Shown one piece after another: positions 1-10,920 of a stretch of DNA of 64,000 nt. The stretch is from positions 5,290,230 through 5,354,229 of the forward strand of contig NC_068992.1 of assembly GCF_001194135.2 (NCBI RefSeq). The letters run 5' to 3'. Position 1 is the stretch's first letter; every line of letters starts with the position of its first letter. A program made the translations under genes and the position numbers. The notes under the pieces were generated by a model. It was not told the DNA's origin and searched no databases. It saw only the letters and a list, made by a program, of their open reading frames with translations. The DNA is from Octopus bimaculoides (lineage: Eukaryota).

Positions 1-409
1 TCAGAAAATATTATGCTTGTGATTAAGTAACTGAATTTCAATTAGAATGTGGTCTTTGCTATTCTTTAAGAAGACCATTTCAGTCGGAAATCTGCTAAAT
101 TATATTACTATATAGGTTTTCTTGCAAGTTATTCATTATATGGTATCGGTCCTGTACAATTTTCTGCTCTCCTCCCAAATCCCTTTATGATCTCTTCCAG
201 AATCCTTTTTCTGTTCTCCTCTGAAATACCTTTCTGCTCTCCACCAAAATGAAGCAAGCAATACCCATGTCTTACACTGGTTTATTCACTCTCGTCAAAG
301 AAGCGTCCGGTATTTACCAATGGACTGGTTATTATCTAGTTTTCTTTTGTGCAATCAAAATTATATTTGCTTTCCAAATTTTATAATTGTTTCTTTTTAT
401 CCTATATTT

Positions 410-546
410 AAGAGATGAGGAATTATGTACGTTATTTACATTATTTACATTTGATGGACGGGCATTTGTCCTCATCTTGTTTGTTGCTAACACAACGTTT
501 CGGCTGATAAACCCTCCAGCTTCCATCAGGTGTCTTGGGGAAATTT
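410..546 (-). mobile_element. Penelope-like retroelement terminal-repeat (pseudo-LTR) fragment
   Basis: Contains a minimal hammerhead motif of the kind typical of PLE repeats (see 489-534); resembles my recollection of a common octopus PLE repeat. No RT or GIY-YIG coding sequence seen. Confidence 0.6.
489..534 (-). ncRNA. Minimal type-I hammerhead ribozyme motif, core mutated (probably inactive copy)
   Basis: Minus strand reads GACAC-CUGAUGG-AA-GCUG-GAGGGUUUAU-CAGC-C-GAAA-CGUU-GUGUU. Stem I GACAC/GUGUU, stem II GCUG/CAGC, no stem III loop but palindromic AACGUU, GUU cleavage triplet. Core is CUGAUGG rather than CUGANGA. Confidence 0.6.
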
Positions 547-618
547 AATTACCTTGCACTTAGATATAAATAACAAGAGTAACTCAAGAATAACTACAAC
601 TGCTGATGCTGCTAAACG

Positions 619-629
619 TAATAATAATG

Positions 630-696
<67 letters not shown>

Positions 697-730
697 TAAT
701 AATAATAATAATAATAATAATAACGATGAC

Positions 731-769
<39 letters not shown>

Positions 770-770
770 A
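619..770. repeat. Compound (AAT)n-(GAT)n microsatellite
   Basis: Read directly; explains ORFs 526..813, 530..775 and 612..809. Confidence 0.98.
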
Positions 771-3269
771 AATGAGAATAAATGAGACAGCTAATGTTAA
801 ATATTCCATTCACGTCAGACGTAATGACAAGGAGAAACGTAGGATATCATATCAGTGCAACCAGTGGCAATATTAATAGGGATCTTAGTACTAAGGATAT
901 TAATAAATAATGGACATATGTGCATAAAGAAATTTAACGAAACCAGTGAACATTATCATTTTATCGATGCTACGAATAATCATAGTGTTCATCGGTAGTA
1001 AAAAGAAAAAAATGTAATCGCATTTTGCACGTATAATTTCTCCACGAAAATAAACTCTACAAATTATTGTCAGAATGAATACACGAGCTAAAATTTGTCA
1101 TTGCTTTCGCTAGTATACAGGGTGTTTGCATCTGTTCTTGATTGATTTTGACATACTGTTGTACACCACCCGCTAGAAAAACAGCCAATTGACTCTATTC
1201 AGAGAAAAATAAAAGAAAATAAATTATCATGCAAAATGGAGTAAACAGTTGAAACATGAAAACCGAAACACAATTTAGAGGAATAAAAGAAACCTAATCA
1301 AGTATGGTAAGAAGACATCATGTATTAGAATCAAGAGGGTATATTACATAATCTGAGCAAAATCGTGTAGAATTAAGACAGGTCACTAAAAAGGTTGCAT
1401 GAAGGAGAAGAAAAATGTAATGGGATTGACCTATATGGACATTCATAACAAACCATAAAATGTTTGGACAAACAACATTAACAGAATTTTTCAAGCATAA
1501 TGGGAGAAAATATGTAAAAACGTTAAGCATAAAACAGCCATTATGCATTATAAATATAAAAGGAAAATTATTAGAATATCGCAAATATTGGTCGTGGTAA
1601 AAATCTCACAACTCCAACAGGAAAACTGATGGGAGAGAAAATGTTTGCACTTTGTCAACTAATGCACATGGGAAGTGTCGTTGTTTTTATTGAAGTTAGC
1701 AGGTGCTGCTAAAGAACAACATAAATGTAGCCGAGTGAAAATCTCAGTGGCTTCCGAAGTTTTATCAAAAGTTATTAACCAGTCATCTTTAGCAAAATAC
1801 ACGCATTAACACCATTGATGTCCAAACTCACACTAATAAATTAAGTACTAACATAGTATATACCTTTCACATACATAATTTACAAACGAATGCTATTCCA
1901 CTTGAGCGCAATGGCATCTCATCTGAAAAACAGAGCCTGCCGATAAGAGATGCGTGTCTGTAAGGGGTAGATACCGTTCATTCGCATACTTAATGAGGTC
2001 TATACAAAGCAGAAAACAAAGTTTTGGTGACAAGTGGTTTGGCTTCAGGCTTAATTTTGTGTGTGCAATCTGTCATGAGGCTTGCAGGAAAAATATATCA
2101 ACCAAAGATACTCAATATATAACAACCACGTGATGTGAAAGAGGAAATATTCATATTACTGCTAGGCAAAGAGAACATAATTTAAACTCTTCAATATAGA
2201 AGAAGAAACTGTGTTAATGAGTAAAGGAATGAAATTCAAACGTATAATATATGTGATGGGGGCAATTGTTCATTCTTTGTGACGGAATTAACAAAACAGA
2301 ACAAACAGACCGATATTCTTAGATTAAATTATGAATACGTTTGGCAATGGCTGAGTGGCATTAATATTAATACTGTATATTGTTAATGGAATTGATTGAA
2401 TTCAGCCAACAAAATGAATATAGATTGTACTTTACACTATTTCATGATGCTGTGAAATATACTTCAGTATATATGCATTTCAATGTCTAACTTGTATTAT
2501 TTACGATTAGGTATTCAGCAGTTTCATGTTGAATGGTGTAGATCCTTAGGAATCTCTCCCAATAAAAAATACAATTTCAGAGAAAATCGATTTGAAATTA
2601 TGGGTGATTAGCATTAAGACGCATGCCGTGACCTGTTAACTTTTTACGCTCCTGAATGACTGGAAATGAAAATAAACACGAGAACGTAAAGGAAGCTAAA
2701 TAATGAATGGGCAAAAATATATGGATTACAACTATTATTAATGTGATTATAAGAGTGTCCACGAAGAGACATAATGAAAATGATATGACATGCCGGTCAA
2801 CAAATTCCGATTTGATCGCTGTTAAAAAGGATAAAATATTACGAAGTAAATGAACGAAACCATCCTAAACTTTTCAAACGAACATCGGGATGTTTACTAG
2901 GAAACACGTTAGAATTATGATTGCCTATGTCCATACGTCAAAACTATTTAGACCGTTTATCCATCTGTAAGGGAAAGATAAGAAAACTAATGAGTGATCT
3001 GGACAAAATTGTTCCAAAAGTTAATCCTTCAAGATTAATTTAGATATATTTCCATCAAATTAAAATTCAAGTTCAATTATGCCAGCAAAAGAAGCAATAT
3101 GTGTAAGAGATAAGATTTCATACTTACTTAGACACACAAAAAAAACGCATGGATATGTTGAACATATAAACAACCTGATCCGAGAGAGTGTCCTTATATA
3201 CATGTGAATGTGCGTTTGTATGTACGTTTGTGTGTGCGTGTGTTTGCATATGTAATAATATCTATTACA

Positions 3270-3454
3270 AGGCGGTGAGATGGCAGAAACGTTAGCGGGC
3301 GAAATGCTTAGCGGTATTTCGTCTGTCTTTACGTTTTGAGTTCAAATTCCGTCGACTTTGTCTTTCATCTTTTCGGGGTCGATAAATTAAGTATCTAATT
3401 GACTGGCCCCTTCCCCAAAATTTTCGAGCCTTGTGTCTAGAGTAGAAAAGAATT
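3270..3454 (+). mobile_element. tRNA-derived SINE (family A; octopus OK-like, Nin/Deu-like central domain), near full length with 12-bp TSD
   Basis: Head AGGCGGTGAGATGGCAGAAACGTTAGC (A-box-like) and GAGTTCAAATTCC (B-box-like); central GTCGACTTTGTCTTTCATCTTTTCGGGGTCGATAAATTAAGTA. Direct repeat ATATCTATTACA at 3258-3269 and 3455-3466. Related copies elsewhere in the window. Family name is from memory. Confidence 0.85.
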
Positions 3455-3530
3455 ATATCTATTACACTAGAACTGCTTTTAATTCATATGCAAATTTTGT
3501 TAGTCGATGTAGTGAAGAATGATGTCATTA

Positions 3531-3555
3531 TATATGCATATATATATATATATAT

Positions 3556-3598
<43 letters not shown>

Positions 3599-3712
3599 GA
3601 GAGAGAGGGAGAAGGAGAGAGAGAAACAGAGAGTGAGAAAGAGAAAGACAAAGAGAGAGAGAAACAGAGAGTGAGAAAGAGAAAGACAAAGAGAGAGAGA
3701 AAGAGATAAGAG
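3531..3712. repeat. (TA)n-(GA)n compound dinucleotide repeat
   Basis: Read directly. Confidence 0.95.
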
Positions 3713-4129
3713 GAAAAAATACAGAAGATTTGTTTTTCAGGATTTAAGAGTATATTAGAGCCATGATAATATAAAAATATATTTTTGTACAAAACAAGGT
3801 TTTGTTCTTTCAACATAATTGAAGTATGGACCGGTTTCGCATTGCTCATGAAACTGAAAGATAAATCGCGAGGGAAAGTTATTGGGAGGGGAGATAATTG
3901 TCCACTCATCGATTTTGCAGTNNNNNNNNNNNNNNNNNNNNNNNNNNNNNNNNNNNNNNNNNNNNNNNNNNNNNNNNNNNNNNNNNNNNNNNNNNNNNNN
4001 NNNNNNNNNNNNNNNNNNNNNNNNNNNNNNNNNNNNNNNNNNNNNNNNNNNNNNNNNNNNNNNNNNNNNNNNNNNNNNNNNNNNNNNNNNNNNNNNNNNN
4101 NNNNNNNNNNNNNNNNNNNNNNNNNNNNN

Positions 4130-4165
<36 letters not shown>

Positions 4166-5087
4166 CAGTGAGAAAGTGCCGAATCCTTCCTTTGATGCGC
4201 GTCTTTCCTACTTTCCTATTAGAACGATACATTACGAACAAGGTTTGATACTGTTCTTGATCGTTCGAAGCCTATTGTCATTTTTACTGACCTTAGTGGA
4301 CATCTTCCTCAAATGATGCCTATATCCTAGCTGTTAATTCTTATAGAATAATCCAACTTCATTATACAACTCTTTAGTTCTACTTCCCTTAGTTCACCGA
4401 ATTAGAGCTCGATATTTTAAATACAATTTGTTCTTTGAGCTTATTTGTCTTATAGTCTGCAACGGTAGTCTGCTCCACCATTTTCTCTTTGCCATTGCAG
4501 ATATCATTTTTGCTAGCACACTTCGTGGACGACAGTTTCGTTTGGGTTTGTCGCCGGTTTACATTTCAACTGCTGTGAAGCAGAATCGATTTGCAAAGCT
4601 TGCTGCATACCAACTCTGCATGGTATTTCGGGAAGGAATTTTTAATTTTATTTTGCTTCATCGCTTCTTCTCATGATGTGTGAGTGATATCTTGTGGCTT
4701 TGCGCTATTTTAAAGTAGCAAAATATTTTTCTCGCTTTTCAAGGTACGAATTGTTGCGTTTCTTCAAGGCAAAAAAAAAAAACGCATTGAATTCATGTAG
4801 CGTTTTGAATTAAAATGTTAATATTGAATTAAAAGGTTAATTATTTCCACCTGAATTAAGCAAGCATCAAAACTATGAACAAAAATTGTCTGTTATGACT
4901 GAAGAATAAATTGTTCAAAAATGTGTACACCGAGAAATATTAAATCCAATTGATTACAAGTTATAATAGTGCCAGAAAACAGTTTATGACCCAAAATATC
5001 ATACCAAGCCAATGAACAGTCATGTGCATTTTGTCGTCTGAGCTGTGTTCCGATTTATCATTTACTTCTATTGTCTTGTGCCCGATA

Positions 5088-5262
5088 CGGCATTGAGCTG
5101 GCAGAACCGTTCGTACGCCGGGGAAAAACTGCTTAGCAGCATTTCGTCTATCGCTGCGTACATATTCCACCGAGGTCCACTTCCACACATATTACTTCGC
5201 GGGGGCGGGGGTCAGTAATATAATTGCGAATGCAATACTGGTATCGATGTGGACTTAATTTT
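5088..5262 (+). mobile_element. Degenerate SINE family A copy
   Basis: GAGCTGGCAGAACCGTTCGTACGCCGGG...TGCTTAGCAGCATTTCGTCT aligns with the heads at 3270 and 14146. Confidence 0.6.
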
Positions 5263-6224
5263 CAAAAATTGCTGGCTCTGGCTAAAATGTTCAACCATTT
5301 AGAGAGAGAACTATTCTAAGACACTGAAAATAGTACCTTTTACTTGTGACATTACGGATTGCGTAAATAGTATTCCAACGGGTAGAAAGAATTGTTATAC
5401 TAATATATGCCACTTACAATGAGAACAGCATCTCACTAAACTGTCGTCGATGGAATTAATGTAGAGAGTTTTAAATGATAAGGCAATATACTTGTATTAT
5501 AGGTAGTTATAAAGATATACTCTCGAGTCATCGTTATCAGTAACATTTTGTATTTGATGTAGTAAATGAACTACAGATCATTAATAATGACTGATTAATT
5601 AGAGTAGCCATGTATTTTCAAAATTGTTTACATTAAGAACCAGTTATTAAAAATTGGTTACAGCTTTGAATCGCATAATCGAACAATGGAACTGAGTAAT
5701 GATGAAAGAATATTTCGAGATCATGTATTTAGCAATATACACTTGATATCATCAGATTAAATATTAGATTTAGTGCTGTTGTTGTCAACCGTTCAATGAA
5801 ATGAAACACAAGGGGAAGTAGTACGAAACATTTCAAGAGACCATCTAAAACAACGAAATATTAAAACATGAGACATGAAATATAAGTGCATTGCTTGTTG
5901 AATTACAATGACATCATTTTATTCTTAACGCTTTTATTGGTTAACCTGATTTATGCCTGATGGGACTGTCTAATGATGAAGCTTTCAATACGAGATAATC
6001 AGTTGATGTTTGAAGACAGAAAGTATTCGTTGTATTTCCTGAGAGGATGAACGTATCCAGAGATTACGTGTATATACGTTCAAACAATTACGTGAGAGAT
6101 ATTCTTATTAGAAGCACTTGTAGAACACTTTGAAATTAGTTAAGTGTTCAGCGTAAGCATCATGATAAACAACCGAAAACTATCAAAATTATAATAGGTT
6201 GTATAGTATAATAAGTATTTTTAT

Positions 6225-6339
6225 ATCTATCTATTTATCAATCTATATATCTGTCTTCCTGCCTGTCTGCCTGCCTGTCTGCCTACCTGTCTGTCTGTTT
6301 GTCTGCCTGTCTATATCTATATTTATATATGTATGTATG

Positions 6340-6379
<40 letters not shown>

Positions 6380-6403
6380 GAGAGAGAGAAGAGAGAGAGA
6401 GGG
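6225..6403. repeat. Compound (TCTA)/(CTGC)/(GTAT)/(TA)/(GA) simple repeats
   Basis: Read directly. Confidence 0.95.
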
Positions 6404-6409
6404 AGTGCG

Positions 6410-7232
6410 CTGGGTAAATTGTCGCCATTGTATATTAGTAATGTCGAGCGTGCGCATTGTTGTTTATTATCTTGTCGACTATACAATTTAGTTGGGTCAG
6501 TTGTGTACCGTTTATCAGGAAGACAGAACCGTGATGCAATTCATTCTGCCAGGAAGTTTGAAACAACATGCTGTTCTCCTACGCATTCGCGCCAGAAGCT
6601 CCACTAAGAACATTTCAGTGTCTGGGTGTCAAACTGAGGACATGTACAGAGAGAGTTAAAAATCAAACATCCTGTCTAAATTATGGTATTTGTGGTGAAC
6701 GCTAGTGATGGTGACGTTACGCCTCTATTCGTCTTCCCACACGGTCTCAGGCTCAACACGGAGACACACATCAGGTGTCTGATGGAGGTAGTGCTGCCGT
6801 GTGTCAAGAGGGTATCTGTTGGAATACTCCTTGTCTGGCAACAGGACTCTGCACCATTCCACACAAGCAGGAGAAGCCAGTAATGGATGTCAGTCAATTT
6901 CTGCGTCAACACCACCCCTAATACCTGGCTACTTAACTCCCCAGACTGGAGCGCCTTTGATTATTACGTCTGTGGTGAAGTTGAGCGAGAGTCCAACAAA
7001 CTTCCTTGTAAGATCAAAAATGAACTGATGGCAAGCATTATGGTAGCATTCACTAACTTAAACAAGGAGACCATCCAGAAATGTTGTAGATTTCGAAAAC
7101 GTCCGTCTGGAGGCTGTGTTTGAAGCCAATGGCGATTTTATTGAATAAATTTACTCTTAGTATTTCAATATTTTTTATTTAATTTTGGTAAATTTATCTG
7201 TTGAAATAAGATGTCAGCGTTATTTTATTTTG
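6410..7232 (+). mobile_element. Decayed maT (DD37D) Tc1/mariner transposon, internally deleted
   Basis: One frame reads KHPV*IMVFVVNASDGDVTPLFVFPHGLRLNT...WQQDSAPFHTSRRSQ*WMSVNFCVNTTPNTWLLNSPDWSAFDYY, with exactly 37 residues between the QQD and AFD aspartates. After a frameshift it ends LEAVFEANGDFIE* at 7148. The N-terminal HTH region is largely missing. Confidence 0.9.
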
Positions 7233-7342
7233 TCTGGGGAGAGTCATTCTCTTTTGGTACCTCATTATTTAACACACTCACCGGTAAGGTTTCCACTCAT
7301 TTACTCATTTAGTTATTTTAAATGAGAATGACTCTCTCCAGA
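7233..7342. mobile_element. 110-bp MITE with 19-bp terminal inverted repeats
   Basis: TCTGGGGAGAGTCATTCTC (7233-7251) and GAGAATGACTCTCTCCAGA (7324-7342) are reverse complements with 1 mismatch. Flanks TG/TA are compatible with a decayed TA target duplication. Confidence 0.7.
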
Positions 7343-7472
7343 TACAACAAGATATGCTTCAACACACGAGCTCACATAAAGAAACTTGCAAACCAAATCC
7401 AAAAACGAAGTGATACTTTAATTTTTGCGCAATTTAGATGACGATATAATCACCGCACTCTGTTTATGTGTG

Positions 7473-7473
<1 letters not shown>

Positions 7474-7562
<89 letters not shown>
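7474..7562. repeat. (GT)n microsatellite
   Basis: Read directly. Confidence 0.98.
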
Positions 7563-7565
<3 letters not shown>

Positions 7566-8708
7566 GCATGTATATCTTTTTCACTACAATGTGAATTCCT
7601 GGTTGAGTTGCGGATACTACCATTCATGACGTACCTCTCCTTCATTCATACACATTATATGTAGGTTTAAACAACATTTCCTTTTTTCACTGCCGATAAT
7701 GATTATAAAATTTTTCCATAAATTCTGGACGCGGACTTTGCAAAACCTGTTTAGAAATATACAGCATTGTTGGTGTGAAACCACACGTACTTATATTAAT
7801 TAAACTACGCAAGAAAAAAAAACTGGAAACGTTTTGTTTGTTATCCACAAAGGAAAACTACACTTCCTTTTACTAGCTGATTCAAAATTTTATTCACATT
7901 TGATCAACTCTCATTTTAGCTCTCATAGCATTTACACAAAGAACTCGCACGTGTTAACAAACACAACTACCAAAATAGCTTCGCATGGAATAATATGTTT
8001 CCATTGAAACTTAATGGCACATCTGGAAATGTTAATAAGAGATTTACACATAGAGTTCGTAAAGGTTATCTTGTGTTTTATGAAAACACCATTATTGTTT
8101 CTATAGACGGAGGAAACATCAAGTAATTTTCCTTTTTTAGTTTGCTCCAATCGTGGCCTCACAGATTTGTCTAACCTAGATCGATATAAAAGCAAAACGC
8201 ATAAAAATTACAATCACTGTAGTACTGATAATAATAATCATTTGGATTACGATGTCAACAAAATTGACAAGACAATCATGATGACAATGAAGATGAAAAA
8301 AGGCTCAGATGCAGAATAAAAGGAAGTGGACAGCATAACAGCAACGTCAGAACCCATTTTGCAAAGATTAAAAAAATGTTCGACTGTTTTTATGTTGTTG
8401 TTTTCAATGGAAAGTCCATTAATTTCCTTGAAAATCAAACAACGTGCATTAAACAAGTTGTTGAAAAGTTTCTAACAGATGAAGTTGGTGAGACAGAATA
8501 AAACAAAAGCATAGAATAACTATGAAGTCTAAATTATGAGCTGGCGTTGTAATTTATCACATAATCATGACAAGTTTAAAGCAAATACAATTTTCAGAAA
8601 ACTATGATTGGATAATATAAAATACGGCAGCTGGAAATTAGAACAAAAAAGTTAAAACATAATTTCACGACAAACCTAATTAAAACATTCGAGGCGAAGG
8701 AGTAGAGC

Positions 8709-8739
<31 letters not shown>

Positions 8740-9211
8740 GGACACATGCATATACATAAACAGACGCGCGCGCACACAGACACACGTACACACACACACG
8801 CACTCACGTACACACACATTTAAAACCTTGTCTAAATTAATAACTTTTCAAGCTTTATTCTGTCAAGATAATAGGTGTAAAAGTAGACAATAATATAAGT
8901 TTATGTTTTCATGTGAATGGAGCTACGCACGTATATATACTCAGATATGTATATATATACATATATANNNNNNNNNNNNNNNNNNNNNNNNNNNNNNNNN
9001 NNNNNNNNNNNNNNNNNNNNNNNNNNNNNNNNNNNNNNNNNNNNNNNNNNNNNNNNNNNNNNNNNNNNNNNNNNNNNNNNNNNNNNNNNNNNNNNNNNNN
9101 NNNNNNNNNNNNNNNNNNNNNNNNNNNNNNNNNNNNNNNATATGAATGTGTGTGTACCTACAATTTTACTAATGCAAATGTATTACATGCTTTAATTCTT
9201 TACATACAATA

Positions 9212-10202
9212 TACAAGGTTGTGATAAGATAGGTATTTGCCAATGTTTCCAATCCCAAAACACCTGCTGATCCTTTTATGTGTTTGATGTATCCGCCGTC
9301 AACCTTAGCACACATATGAGCTCGTCTGCAACTCAGAGTAACGCACCGGTCCAGTTGGGCCTTGATGTCGTGACACGCCCCTTTAATTTACTCCTTGAAA
9401 GTTGGAAATGTATGTGCATTTCTTTCGATATCATTGGCTTTTATGACATCGCAGAATAAATAAAAGCATTGGTTTTATGTCTGGGGAACGAAAAGACTAA
9501 TTAATTCTGCAGCGTCCAAGGAAACTTACATCCAGTAAATTGCGCATTTGAATTGCATGATGAAGTCATGTCCTATTCTGTGGAACAACGGCTCACCAAA
9601 TTTGGGCATAACCTGAATTCTGGACACCTGTACTTTACGCAAAACGACAAGCCAGTTGTCAACATTAAATGACTTCTCAAAATAGAAATTTTAAGGATTC
9701 CAGGTCACGACAGACCGGTCCAAAGATCGATATCCGGCTGATCCATCTCCGTTGCTATTTTGTGGCGGGCGTGAGTGTCATACCTTTAAACACAGTTATA
9801 CCTGTTGACATGACCTGGCAATTTCAAAAATTGTTGATCGGAACAGCAATCATGTCTAGAAATCGTGAGATTTCGACAATATTTTACCATGATTTAAGTG
9901 AATGCTGCCTACGTCTCGTTTTTCTCAGTGGTAACGGTTCAATGCTGTTCGGATTTTGTGACGTTATTTAGGGAACGTGTTTTTTCAAATTCGGTGCTAA
10001 TTTTGTAAATTAATTGTTGTGAACGGGGCTCGGCGTGAAAGGTCTTTATCCACTACTACCTCACAGTGTCTGTATTTTCAAATATCAAGGACATCCTTCT
10101 TGTCTGTTAGCAATCTTTATGTGTCAAAGTCCACACCATGCCCTCTCATGGTCCTGAAAAATGAAAATTAAATTTATGAACCTACATTTCCAAAGCCCTG
10201 TA
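9212..10202 (-). mobile_element. Decayed Tc1/mariner transposon, probably rosa/DD41D-like
   Basis: Minus-strand fragments: PSR..TIYKISTEFEKTRSLNNVTKS (HTH/GRPR-like), PDIDLWTGLS*PGIL, FYFEKSFNVDNWLVVLR, RSPDIKPML, and C-terminal RAHMCAKVDGG. Ends TACAAGGTTGTGATAAGATAGGT and reverse-complement TACAGGGCTTTGGAAATGTAGGT match at 16/23 (TIR remnants with TA). The D-D spacing cannot be counted because of indels, so the clade is inferred. Confidence 0.72.
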
Positions 10203-10790
10203 TTTTACATTAAAACGCCGAGACAATAAAAATAGTAAACATTTAATTATTCGAACTTGAATAATGTGAGCGAGATTTAACGACTGTAATATCTGCTTTA
10301 TTGACGTATGTTTGCTTTTTCCATGAACAGTATCAATTTCACATATTCCAGCTAATACTACTCACTAACATAACTTGCAAAAGAAAGAATTTTCGTGTTG
10401 GCTATGTGCTTAAACATATGATTTCATTCGATTCTCATCCTAGACCGTTTTCCCCTCCTCCTCCTACTCCTCCTCTTCCATTCCACCTTCTACTCCTCCT
10501 CATCATCATAACCGTCTCGACCATCATTCTGCTGTTTCATGGTGTTAATTATATAATTTGCTTAAGATATTTTCTCTCGAACCGCAGCCCATAGTCTAGA
10601 ATCAGAAGGATTTATGTGCGTTCTAGGAGAAATGCTTTTGCTCAAATGTCGTGAACGAACTGCCTGGTTATGTTTCACTCCAGCTCTCCACGTCTGATTT
10701 TTGATTTCGTAAAATAAATTCACAAAAAATAGTAGAGACCGTTAGTTCAAATATCTCCTTCTCCAATTTATTGCTCTGGCACCTTTGATA

Positions 10791-10791
<1 letters not shown>

Positions 10792-10821
<30 letters not shown>

Positions 10822-10920
10822 CTTCTTCTTCTTCTTCTTCTTCTTCTTCTTCTTCTTCTTCTTCTTCTTCTTCTTCTTCTTCTTCTTCTTCTTCTTCTTC
10901 TTCTTCTTCTTCTTCTTCTT
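10792..10920. repeat. Perfect (CTT)43 microsatellite
   Basis: Read directly; source of the poly-K and poly-S ORFs. Confidence 0.98.

Noticed and set aside
3270-3360. tRNA-like A/B boxes here and in other SINE heads
   Set aside because: These are SINE promoters; no cloverleaf or anticodon arm, so not called as tRNA genes.
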